Notes under the pieces: model-generated | The model's input: only the letters and a program-made list of their open reading frames with translations | Told to the model about the DNA's origin: nothing | Databases searched by the model: none | Part shown: positions 18,935 through 27,657 of the stretch, one piece after another | Position numbering within the stretch: position 1 is the stretch's first letter | Layout: every line of letters begins with the position of its first letter | Translations under genes and position numbers: made by a program | IMG/VR virus record: IMGVR_UViG_3300024054_000362 | Coordinates: 157,423-221,422 of that record | DNA: 64,000 nucleotides | Direction: 5' to 3' (one strand)

Positions 18935-20308
18935 TCAGTGAAGAGAGTAGTTGACGATCTCACCGGGAGCGATCCAACAAGCGCGACAGCCCTTGCCGTC
19001 CGGTCCGCCGAGACCTGGCGGTGCTACGGCTTTGCGACACGTGTGCTTCGCGTCTTCGGTCGCATACGCTTGGCAGTTCCACGTGTAGCGAGGATCGGGA
19101 CCCGTCATCTTCGGCTCGAAGCGTTGGGCATGTTGATAGACGTACTGCTCGCGCTCCGGCGTCATGCCGCGGTTCTGTTCGACTTGCAGTACGACCGTCG
19201 CGCCCGCCCAGCCAGGACCGAGATGCTGTCCGACGGGGTCGTAGCCTTCGATGCGACGATTCCAGCCGGGACCGGGTTCGTTCACTTCGTACGCGCTCGG
19301 TCGGATGATGAAGTTGCGCGGATCGCGGTTGATGTCATTGACCGCGTCGGTACCCCATTCGGTCGCCCAGATGCGCGACGGCGCCCAGAACGTGATGTCA
19401 GGAAGGCGATCTGCGATCATCTTCCACTGCTGCAGGTATTCAGGTTCGAAGAAGTCGCCCGAGTCGTGGATCCGAAAGAAGCGCCGACCGGTCGGTTCAG
19501 ATGGCAGCGCTTGCGTCTTCTCGACGACCTTCTCTTCACCGGTCTCGGTGTTGACGATCTTCACCTCTTCCTTCACCGTGCCGCCGTTCAGCTTGTAGTC
19601 CGCGTTGTTGATCGCGTAGACCATTGTCTCGACGAACGCGGTCGACGGTCCGTACGGGCCTTGAACATTGAACTTGATCGCTTGCCGCGCCCACAGGAAC
19701 CGAAGGATCTGCGCGAACTGCACTTGGCCCGTCGAGTACTGTCCACCCTGCGCGTAACAGAACTGGCAGATGGCCTGCGCCAGGTTGACAGGCGCGTTGT
19801 ACGGTCGACCGAGACCGTAGTTGACGTACTTCGCTGCTTTGCGCAGTGCATCTGCGGGAACGAGGCTTTGTCCAGCGACCGCACCAGGGCACGCGCCACC
19901 GACTTGCGGCGGTCCTGCAGGGATGCTCCACGACGGCGTGTTCATCTTCGACGTCCATGACAGAAGTTGGTACTGCTGGACGTTGGGGTTGGTTGCAGGA
20001 TTCCACGCCGGGCCAGGCCCGATCGGCTGATCGAGCACGACGTAGACGTTGCTCGGATCCTTGCCGTGCACGTTGCCGGGACGGACGACAAACTGCTTGG
20101 TCTCCAGACTACGGATGACGGCGTCACGTACGAACATCATGCCGAGCAGCCCAGCATGCGCATCCGCGAGAACAGCACTGGGCGCAGGACAGGCCGGATG
20201 ATCCTCACCGAGGTACGCGCCGTTCATCGACCCGACGCACATATCGTACGCACGTTCGATGGCGGTGACGTCTTCGGTGACTTCGAGGTGCGGAATGATG
20301 GCTGCCAT
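18935..20308 (-). CDS. Gp88-like protein (radical-SAM-related Fe-S protein)
   Basis: SKM..PSWSIPAG, ACPGA, ICQFCYA, FRIHDSGDF, FWAPSR. Confidence 0.7.
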   Translation of the reverse strand: MAAIIPHLEVTEDVTAIERAYDMCVGSMNGAYLGEDHPACPAPSAVLADAHAGLLGMMFVRDAVIRSLETKQFVVRPGNVHGKDPSNVYVVLDQPIGPGPAWNPATNPNVQQYQLLSWTSKMNTPSWSIPAGPPQVGGACPGAVAGQSLVPADALRKAAKYVNYGLGRPYNAPVNLAQAICQFCYAQGGQYSTGQVQFAQILRFLWARQAIKFNVQGPYGPSTAFVETMVYAINNADYKLNGGTVKEEVKIVNTETGEEKVVEKTQALPSEPTGRRFFRIHDSGDFFEPEYLQQWKMIADRLPDITFWAPSRIWATEWGTDAVNDINRDPRNFIIRPSAYEVNEPGPGWNRRIEGYDPVGQHLGPGWAGATVVLQVEQNRGMTPEREQYVYQHAQRFEPKMTGPDPRYTWNCQAYATEDAKHTCRKAVAPPGLGGPDGKGCRACWIAPGEIVNYSLH

Positions 20309-20408
20309 GGTGTTTACTCGGTGATGCGGTAGCGGTCGCGACCCCGACGATCGAACAAGTTCCCCGAGTTGGGGCGTACGCCTTCGCGAAGATTTGGTGC
20401 ACGCATCT

Positions 20409-20924
20409 TCAGCGCCTCCGCTTGCGACGACGACGTGTGCCGTCGAGCGCGCTCAGGCACGAACCTCCGACGTACAGCAGCGAGCCGGGCGAACTCCAGG
20501 TCCGCTGCGTCGAACGGTTGGGACGGCTCGCCCTGAACCACTTGTCGAGGCGATCACGCGTCGATGGTGTGCAGGCGGTGAAGCACTGCACGTCCTTGCC
20601 GTGGGTCACGCACGACGACATCGGGATGCCGTAGCGCGCCGCCTCACGCTGGACGCTCTTCTTGGGGCCCTTCGCGATCAGCGAGACGTGCTCGCGGCGC
20701 TTCGCGGTGCCGAGGCCGCGCGAGCCGCGCCCACCCTTGACTTTGACGGACACGACGTTGCGATCGTCGGCAATGCCGGGCGTACCGTGCTTGCCACCCA
20801 TGTTGAGCACCCAGCCACCATGCGATGAACGCATGACGGCGGTGCCCGTGCGCTGTTGGCCTTGTGGCGTGACGATCGTAACGCGATCACCGGGCTTGAT
20901 GACCTTGATCAGTGGATTCGCCAT
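20409..20924 (-). CDS. two-domain basic protein with GLG linker and Arg tail
   Basis: N-domain, RGLG linker, domain paralogous to 17575-17904, LDGTRRRRKRRR. Confidence 0.65.
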   Translation of the reverse strand: MANPLIKVIKPGDRVTIVTPQGQQRTGTAVMRSSHGGWVLNMGGKHGTPGIADDRNVVSVKVKGGRGSRGLGTAKRREHVSLIAKGPKKSVQREAARYGIPMSSCVTHGKDVQCFTACTPSTRDRLDKWFRASRPNRSTQRTWSSPGSLLYVGGSCLSALDGTRRRRKRRR

Positions 20925-20926
20925 GG

Positions 20927-21331
20927 CTAGCGCCTCGCTTTCCGACGGCGTCGACGGCCGAGACCGTTGTTGCGATTGACGAGACAGTTCTCCGCGAACT
21001 CGCCCGCCGCTTTGCGGATCAGGCCTGCGTGCGACGGCGCGCTCGCACGACCGCCCGCGCTCTGGTGTGCGAGGTACTGACCGTAGTGCGTCATCATCTC
21101 GGCGTAGTCAGCCCACGCCGCACCGCACTTGCCGTTGCGCGACTTGTTGGTGACCATCGCGATCGAGTATCCGATGTCGTCGGACGCCTCGGTCATCTTC
21201 TTGGTGTGGATCGCCTCGGAGCTGCCAAGCCCGCGACGTGAACGCTTACGGCGTTGTGCATGGCCCTTCATACGACGCTCGTGCGCTTTGCGTTTGTGGA
21301 ACGCGCGAGAACGCGTCTTCTTGTTCGCCAT
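20927..21331 (-). CDS. Arg-rich protein
   Basis: Arg-rich leader, RRGLG, core, NGLGRRRRRKARR. Confidence 0.65.
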   Translation of the reverse strand: MANKKTRSRAFHKRKAHERRMKGHAQRRKRSRRGLGSSEAIHTKKMTEASDDIGYSIAMVTNKSRNGKCGAAWADYAEMMTHYGQYLAHQSAGGRASAPSHAGLIRKAAGEFAENCLVNRNNGLGRRRRRKARR

Positions 21332-21333
21332 GA

Positions 21334-21612
21334 CTAGCGCTTCGCCTTCCGGCGACGACGGCGACGACCGACGCCGCCGCCGACGTTGTAGCACTCGTTG
21401 CGGTTGCACTCGGCGATCGTCCGTTGCATGCCAGGCAGCCCTTCCTCGACGCGACAGACCGCGTTCGGGAACTGGCGCGAGCACGCGTGGCCGGCATCCA
21501 TCGCTGCGCTGTATGACTTGTGGAGGCTGCGTCGATAGCCCGAAGGGCCGCTGACGACAAATCGTCCCGACGACGAGCCGAGTGACTTCCTACGACGACG
21601 TTTCTTCGCCAT
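21334..21612 (-). CDS. Arg-rich protein
   Basis: MAKKRRRRKSLG, four-Cys core, GVGRRRRRRKAKR. Confidence 0.65.
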   Translation of the reverse strand: MAKKRRRRKSLGSSSGRFVVSGPSGYRRSLHKSYSAAMDAGHACSRQFPNAVCRVEEGLPGMQRTIAECNRNECYNVGGGVGRRRRRRKAKR

Positions 21613-21614
21613 GG

Positions 21615-21854
21615 CTAGCGGCTCCTCTTCTTCTTCTTGCTCTTGCCCTTCTTGCGACGACGGCGCCCGAAGTTGACGGGGCACGCGCGCTCGTGGATGC
21701 GTGTGTCGACGTCGCCGACGTTGAGTCGGCGACGGCCGCCCGGGAGGATGACCGTGTGACGAGCGTCGACCTTGCGACGCGTCGCCGTGATCGTCTCGGC
21801 GTCGAACGCGAAGCAGGCGCCGATCGGAAGCTGTCGGAACGTACGCGCTGGCAT
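21615..21854 (-). CDS. Arg/Lys-tailed small protein
   Basis: Ends CPVNFGRRRRKKGKSKKKKRSR. Confidence 0.6.
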   Translation of the reverse strand: MPARTFRQLPIGACFAFDAETITATRRKVDARHTVILPGGRRRLNVGDVDTRIHERACPVNFGRRRRKKGKSKKKKRSR

Positions 21855-22117
21855 CAACGTCTCCTCTTTCGCGTGCGTCGACTGCGTCCGGCGATTTGGA
21901 GTAAACACACCGGACGAAGGCCGAAGGTCCGCTGGTACTTCTGCCGTAACTTGTCCTCCATCTTGATGCGTGCGTCGGTGCAGTCGGTCGCGGCCACGTC
22001 GACATAGACGTGTTCGGTCCCGACCGTCTTGACCTTGAGGCCTGCGCGACGAATCTTGCGACTCATCTCGACCACGGTGACGGGACCCGTGTGGACCTTC
22101 ATTCGGAAGATCGGCAT
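21854..22117 (-). CDS. Arg-tailed small protein
   Basis: Ends IAGRSRRTRKRRR; TGATG coupling at both ends. Confidence 0.6.
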   Translation of the reverse strand: MPIFRMKVHTGPVTVVEMSRKIRRAGLKVKTVGTEHVYVDVAATDCTDARIKMEDKLRQKYQRTFGLRPVCLLQIAGRSRRTRKRRR

Positions 22118-22176
22118 CAGCGACGCCTCCTGCGCGCACGCTTGCGTTTGCCGAGTCTGTAGGTAACGCCTACGGA

Positions 22177-22374
22177 CTAGCGACGGCGGCGCTTGCGCCA
22201 ACGCGTGCCGCAGACCTTCGTGCCCCGCGCGGTGCGGATGCAGATCTTGCGACCCTTGCGGCGACCCTTGCGACCGCGGCGACGGCGACCGACGAGGGTG
22301 GGGAGAGCGCCCATGTGGCGACGACGACGGCGGCGACGCTTGCCGAGACCGTCGCCCTGATTCGAGGTGTCCAT
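22177..22374 (-). CDS. protamine-like Arg-rich protein
   Basis: MDTSNQGDGLG-KRRRRRRRHMG-ALPTLVG-RRRRGRKGRRK...; start inferred from AAGGA RBS. Confidence 0.6.
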   Translation of the reverse strand: MDTSNQGDGLGKRRRRRRRHMGALPTLVGRRRRGRKGRRKGRKICIRTARGTKVCGTRWRKRRRR

Positions 22375-22443
22375 CTTCTTGGTCCTTGTTGAAGTTGCCC
22401 CACAAGTCGGCGACGCCGTCTCGATGGGTGTTTCTTTCAAGAA

Positions 22444-22489
22444 GATCCCACGAGCGATCGAGGTCGTCAAGATGATCGCTGCTGCGATC
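22444..22489. promoter_or_regulatory. two GATCGC-N4-RCGATC-like sites
   Basis: GATCCCACGAGCGATC (22444) and GATCGCTGCTGCGATC (22474) between the Arg-rich operon and the divergent HTH gene. Confidence 0.55.
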
Positions 22490-22550
22490 GGTGTCATGGA
22501 AGCAGACGCCCAACGGTCACGATTGAAGGTACAGTTACGGCTCCAAACCG

Positions 22551-23258
22551 ATGAAACCGTTCAAACCTGGTAGCGATCCGCGTAAAGTCTTCAAAGGAGA
22601 ACACCGCGAACGAAAGCCAACTCGACTGTTCACGTTTGATGACCTTGCTACAGCGGCTGTCGAGGCGCCAGCAACGACACGCAAGAAGCTGCGAACGACG
22701 ACGAACGCGAGGACCGTAGCGCTCTACATCGTTGACGCACTGGCCCGTGGCTCTGTCCGACTTTCGGACGAAGAAGCTGTGCAAGCGCTCGCAGGAGCCG
22801 CGACGTTGAAGGAATGGCGAGGTCGTTGGCCACGCTTCGATCTATATCGATGCGGCTACCCCGACTGCGTGAACACGCTCCTCGATGCTGGCCTGTGTGT
22901 TAGCCATGGTGGGTCGGCTCGGCCGACCGTGAAGATTGAGGGTGACCACTTCGTGATGTGGACGGGCCGAGCGTACACACCGATCTGTCGGGTGATTTTT
23001 GGCGTGATCGATTCGGGTGCGGTCGAGCACATTGATCAGAACAGCTGGAACAACCACCCCGACAACCTCATCGCGCCCGCCGACGTTCACGTCCGTTCGA
23101 CGAGACGCAACCGTTGGTCGTATGGCTACGCCGAGCTGGGTGACCTGTTCGGCTTATCGGTCGACGGCACACGACAAGCTGCGTCGCGTGGACTCTTCGA
23201 TCCGGCGTCGCTCGACAGCGTGACGAGCTTCTGGTTCCTTCGACAGACCCCGCGTTAG
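22551..23258 (+). CDS. putative DNA-binding protein (HTH-like ends, HNH-like centre)
   Basis: EHIDQNSWNNHPDNL HNH-like motif; YAELGDLFGLSVDGTRQ HTH-like segment; CxxxxC...C..H. Confidence 0.55.
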   Translation: MKPFKPGSDPRKVFKGEHRERKPTRLFTFDDLATAAVEAPATTRKKLRTTTNARTVALYIVDALARGSVRLSDEEAVQALAGAATLKEWRGRWPRFDLYRCGYPDCVNTLLDAGLCVSHGGSARPTVKIEGDHFVMWTGRAYTPICRVIFGVIDSGAVEHIDQNSWNNHPDNLIAPADVHVRSTRRNRWSYGYAELGDLFGLSVDGTRQAASRGLFDPASLDSVTSFWFLRQTPR

Positions 23259-23524
23259 CGCAGGGTCGTATCGTTGCCCTTGCACTTGCGGCAAATTCGA
23301 ATCGAAAGACCGCGGTACGCGAAGTAGGTAATCTCCTGCTCGTTCAGGTTGGTCTTGGCGCACTTCAGGCAGAGCTTCTTCTGCATACCGTGGCGCTCTG
23401 CCATCTCGTACGCGGTATGCCACATGCCGATCTTGGTGGCAGCGACAACCGCGTCTCGAACGTTCCTGAGGGTCATCCCATCGGGGAAGACGTGATCGTC
23501 GGGCAGGGACGGTCGTTGCGCCAT
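23255..23524 (-). CDS. Zn-finger small protein
   Basis: CLKC...CRKC; GGAG RBS. Confidence 0.55.
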   Translation of the reverse strand: MAQRPSLPDDHVFPDGMTLRNVRDAVVAATKIGMWHTAYEMAERHGMQKKLCLKCAKTNLNEQEITYFAYRGLSIRICRKCKGNDTTLR

Positions 23525-23525
23525 G

Positions 23526-24416
23526 TCACTCTCCTCCCAAGAACGTATCATCGGAAACGATCAGGACCGCCGGTCGAAGTCCTCGACGTTCAGCGGTAGC
23601 ACCGACAGCGTGACGTTCGTGGACAGGCGCGATGGTCGCCCAGCTGTAGAGGTCGCGAACGTACTCATGGTCGCTGTTGGACGCGACGATTGTGGCACCG
23701 CGATCGTGTGCGGCACGAAGGGCCGTGGCGAGCGTGACGTGATCGTCGTCGGAGAAGCCTCCCGCCGTGTACTTGTCGAACGTCTCGTAGTAAGGCGAGT
23801 CGGCGTAGACGACGTCACCTGCTTGCGCGGCAGCGATCGTATCTCGGAAATCGGCGTGGCGAACGTCGGCGCCGCGAAGGGCGTGCGCGACGATCGCCAG
23901 GCTTTCGGCGGTGGGAACGCTCGCGCGACTGCGATCACCGCCGTGCGGGACGTTGAACTTGCCCTTGCTGTTTTCACGGTAGAGACCGTTGAAGCCGAAC
24001 CGGTTCAGGTACAGGAACCGAGCCGCCGCGAGGACCGGGCTACGCGACTCCTCGGCGCGGATGCGGATGTAGCTCTCTTTGTCGGTGCCACGATCCACGA
24101 GCGTCTTCAGCGCCCACGCGACCGATGCGGAGGTCTTCCGGATCGTCTGATACATCGAGATCAGCGGCTTGCAGTTGTCGCCGAGCACCATGTCAGGAAG
24201 CCCGAGATCGAGCGCGACCGCACCGCCACCGAGGAACGGTTCGACGTAACGTCCTCGGGTGACGGCGAGTCGTGCATGAATCGCGGGCGCCAAGAGCGGG
24301 ACCAGCCATCGTTTGCTTCCGACCCACTTGAGTGGCGGGGTGCAGCCGACGCGCGGTGGAAACACGTTCGCTGTGGGAACGGTCGATAGCGGGTTGGGCG
24401 TTGCGGTCGTCATCAT
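23526..24416 (-). CDS. dam: Dam-family DNA adenine methyltransferase
   Basis: PLKWVGSK, YVEPFLGGGAV, FNGLYRENSKGKFNVP; motif IV reads DSPY. Confidence 0.85.
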   Translation of the reverse strand: MMTTATPNPLSTVPTANVFPPRVGCTPPLKWVGSKRWLVPLLAPAIHARLAVTRGRYVEPFLGGGAVALDLGLPDMVLGDNCKPLISMYQTIRKTSASVAWALKTLVDRGTDKESYIRIRAEESRSPVLAAARFLYLNRFGFNGLYRENSKGKFNVPHGGDRSRASVPTAESLAIVAHALRGADVRHADFRDTIAAAQAGDVVYADSPYYETFDKYTAGGFSDDDHVTLATALRAAHDRGATIVASNSDHEYVRDLYSWATIAPVHERHAVGATAERRGLRPAVLIVSDDTFLGGE

Positions 24417-24582
24417 AGAGCCCCCTAGAGCTGTGCGAACAGGTACAGCGCGAGCACGATCAAGGTCAGCGTGACAGCGTAGCGTAGAAGCTGTTCGAGT
24501 AGACCTGGACTTTGTAGATACGGATCGCTGCTGCGAACGAGCAAGTCGCGCCACAGGTGGTTACGGGTCTCGCGGCTGAGTT

Positions 24583-24885
24583 TCACGTTGCCGAGCCTTC
24601 GTAGTCCATGCCGAGCTTTAGCTGGTCACGAAGATCCAGGTAGAAGCTGACCGCGGCACGAACGTCGTCGAAAAATTCTTCGTCGACAGCCACGCCGTCG
24701 GCCCTGTATTGACGCGAGACGCGGAAACGACCGTCTTCGACGCGGTCGATCCAAAAATCTGCGAACAGCTCGATGCCGAAGCCTGCTGGATGCGTCAAGA
24801 CAACCGCGAACGCGGCCATGAGCTGCTCGGCTTGGGCACGTTCGCGTTCTGGATCGATGTCAGCCATAGGGCGCCGAAGGTTCAC
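24583..24885 (-). CDS. hypothetical protein
   Basis: ORF coupled to tmk. Confidence 0.5.
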   Translation of the reverse strand: MNLRRPMADIDPERERAQAEQLMAAFAVVLTHPAGFGIELFADFWIDRVEDGRFRVSRQYRADGVAVDEEFFDDVRAAVSFYLDLRDQLKLGMDYEGSAT

Positions 24886-25562
24886 CCTCGGAGGACGTCC
24901 GTCAACACCTGATCGAGGAGCTTGTCGGTCGGCAAGGTTCCGTCGAGCAGCACCGTGTTGTCGAAGTGCTGGTAGGCGTACGCCAGGTAGCGAGCGCGCA
25001 GTCGCTGTTGGTAGGCGCGGTCTTTCTTCTCATACAGCTCGTTGCGCGTTTCGGCGCGTTTGGCGAAACGTTCCTCCATGACTTCGGGCGGGATGTCGAT
25101 GATGTACACGCGATCCGGACGAAGGAACTGGACGCGCTGCTGGAAGGCGTAGATCGCTTCGACGGGGTACTCCTCGGCCTGATACACGAGGCCGCTGACC
25201 TCGACGAGACGATCGGCGATGATGTAGCAGCCGCGATCGTAGGCGGCTTGGAGGTCCGGATCGCGTTCGACGCGATCGGCGACTAGTAGATACGCCATCC
25301 CGCGCGCGGACACGTGTTCGTGCTTGCTGAACACGCGACGGATCATCTGGCCCGGCGCTGACATCGAACTGGGGAAGTTGCAGGTGTAGATCCTGTCGGT
25401 CGTGACACCTTGCTTGTGCAGCGTCTCGGCGACAGCGCGCGAGAGGGTACTCTTGCCGCTACCGTCAGGGCCCTCGAAGGCGAGGAAGCGTGCACCGCCA
25501 GGGCGTGCCGCGAGGCGCTGTTGATCTTCGTAGTCCATGTGTGCGGTCTTGGTCTCGGTCAT
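24882..25562 (-). CDS. tmk: thymidylate kinase
   Basis: FLAFEGPDGSGKST, ADR, IIADR, SGLVYQ, RPD. Confidence 0.9.
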   Translation of the reverse strand: MTETKTAHMDYEDQQRLAARPGGARFLAFEGPDGSGKSTLSRAVAETLHKQGVTTDRIYTCNFPSSMSAPGQMIRRVFSKHEHVSARGMAYLLVADRVERDPDLQAAYDRGCYIIADRLVEVSGLVYQAEEYPVEAIYAFQQRVQFLRPDRVYIIDIPPEVMEERFAKRAETRNELYEKKDRAYQQRLRARYLAYAYQHFDNTVLLDGTLPTDKLLDQVLTDVLRG

Positions 25563-25576
25563 GTTCTTCTCCGAAT

Positions 25577-27643
25577 CTATCGTGAGGCTGATGCGAGGAA
25601 CTTGCCTGCGTCGGCGAGGACTTTCGAAAAGCCGACGAACGGAAGCGAACGGCGCATCATGCCGCCGTACGACTTTGCGAGGATGCGCGTGTCGAGAAGC
25701 ACGAACACACCGCGATCCGTCGTACTGCGAATCAGTCGACCGGCACCTTGCGCCAACTCGATGGCGGCGCGCGGGAAGTAGAAGTCGTCCCAGAAGGTGT
25801 CTGGGTGCTTCTGTTTCATCATGTCGACGAGCGGATCGTTGAACGATTCGAGGGGCAGCTTGTCGATCACGAGGCACGATAGTGCTTCGCCTTGAATGTC
25901 CAGCCCGACCCAAAAGCTCTTAGTCGCGAGGAGGACCGAGTCGGTCTGTTCGCGGAACATGTGCGCGAGGGTCTTGTTGGGCGCGTCGCCCTGAACCAGC
26001 AACGGGTAGTCGATGTTGCCTTGCAACTGCTCCGCGACGTACTTCAGGCGCCGCCACGACGTGAACAGGACGAGCGTGCGCCCTTTGCAATCACGGATGA
26101 GCGTCTTGATCGCTTCAGCGGCCTTCTGGTTGTAGATCGCGTCGTTTTCTGGAATCGGCCACGGGATGCCGAGCGGTACGATGAACTTGGCTTGTGTCGC
26201 GAAGTTGAAGGGGCTCGGTACACGCACACCGATGACGTTGGCGCCGGGGACGTTGGTGCCGCGTTGGGCGAACTGCCAGCTGTGCAGCCGGACGTCTTCG
26301 TTGCCGGCGTTGACTTTGTCGGTGCCGGGTAAAACCGCTTGGCGGACGAGGCCCAGCTCGTCGCGGATGAAGTCGAACGTTCCGCCGCTCGTCATCGTCG
26401 CAGACACGCAGATCACCGACGGGTACCGTTCGAAGACGCGCTCGGAAAGATGCTGTCCGACGCGGTATGGGACGGCGCGAAGCCGGACGGTAGCAGCCGT
26501 GACGCGCTGATCGTCGTTTGGCTTGTCGATCCAGTACGCCGTCGTGTCGTTGAGCTGCCCTGCAAATTCCTTGATTTGGACGACGAACGTCTCAGCACGG
26601 TCGCGACAGGACTTTCGCATCGCACACGTTCCACAGAGCGCGGGCGTGTCACATCCACAGCCGCCCTGCGCAGCCCGCATCGCATCGTCAAGCACGTCGA
26701 CGATTTCGATCGTCGCCACGCAATCGACTTCAGCGACGCGGGGTGATTCCATGTTGAGCGCGTAGCGCGCGACGTCTTCGAAGAAGGGGCTCGCGGTGTC
26801 GCGCAACGCCTTGGCGAGTCCGCGATCGCCGAGATACTTCGAGATGTCGGATGCGAGCTGGTTGATGTGGGTCAGGCCCAGTTCGCGACCGAAACATCGC
26901 CGCGCGATGTTGGCAGCCTCGTGAGCCTCATCGAAGATGACGGTCTGGAAGTTCGTCCACGTCGGATCAGTTGTGTGGAGCAACTTGGAGAAGAACAGGT
27001 CGTAGTTGGCGACCACCACGGTGGCGTTCTCTGCGTTGTCGGCGGCGCGTTCGGCGAAGCACGACTCGTAGTAGGCACACGCGCGACGCCCGCAGCGTTC
27101 ACCAGACACCGAGAAGACGTTCCACGTCCGTTGTGAGACAGCCGGTGGCGCCTCGGACTGATCGCCGGTAGGGGTGGCTGTTCCCCATGCGCTGAGCGCT
27201 TGCGCTTCGATGTTTCCGTCGAGATCGAGTCCCGGAATCGGTGCACCACTGTCGAACATCGCCATCTCGCGCTGGCAGAGGTAGTTCGCACGGCCCTTGA
27301 GGAGCGCGAAACTGAAGTCAATCTCTTCGTCGGCGGCGGCGAAGGCTTTCTCGACGACCGGAAGATCCTTGTCGATCAGCTGCTCCTGCAGCGCCTTGTT
27401 CGCCGTGACGACGAGGACGCGTCGACCCTTGTGGACGGCGTGCCGGATGGCCGGAATCAAGTACGCCATCGTTTTGCCGGTTCCAGTCGGTGCTTCTCCA
27501 AGGAGAACGAGGCGACCTTCGATCGCCTCGTCGACGGCCTGTGCAAGCTGCACTTGACCTTCACGCTTGGAGTACCCCGGGATCACGGTCGCAAGCGCAC
27601 CCGTGAAGTCGTCGAACATGTTGTCGATGTAGTTCGTGCTCAT
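25577..27643 (-). CDS. DinG/YoaA-family helicase
   Basis: EAPTGTGKT, KGRANYLC, FDEAH, SATM, LVLFTS, FWVGLD, QGAGRLIR. Confidence 0.92.
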   Translation of the reverse strand: MSTNYIDNMFDDFTGALATVIPGYSKREGQVQLAQAVDEAIEGRLVLLGEAPTGTGKTMAYLIPAIRHAVHKGRRVLVVTANKALQEQLIDKDLPVVEKAFAAADEEIDFSFALLKGRANYLCQREMAMFDSGAPIPGLDLDGNIEAQALSAWGTATPTGDQSEAPPAVSQRTWNVFSVSGERCGRRACAYYESCFAERAADNAENATVVVANYDLFFSKLLHTTDPTWTNFQTVIFDEAHEAANIARRCFGRELGLTHINQLASDISKYLGDRGLAKALRDTASPFFEDVARYALNMESPRVAEVDCVATIEIVDVLDDAMRAAQGGCGCDTPALCGTCAMRKSCRDRAETFVVQIKEFAGQLNDTTAYWIDKPNDDQRVTAATVRLRAVPYRVGQHLSERVFERYPSVICVSATMTSGGTFDFIRDELGLVRQAVLPGTDKVNAGNEDVRLHSWQFAQRGTNVPGANVIGVRVPSPFNFATQAKFIVPLGIPWPIPENDAIYNQKAAEAIKTLIRDCKGRTLVLFTSWRRLKYVAEQLQGNIDYPLLVQGDAPNKTLAHMFREQTDSVLLATKSFWVGLDIQGEALSCLVIDKLPLESFNDPLVDMMKQKHPDTFWDDFYFPRAAIELAQGAGRLIRSTTDRGVFVLLDTRILAKSYGGMMRRSLPFVGFSKVLADAGKFLASASR

Positions 27644-27657
27644 GCTGCTCCCCTAGT

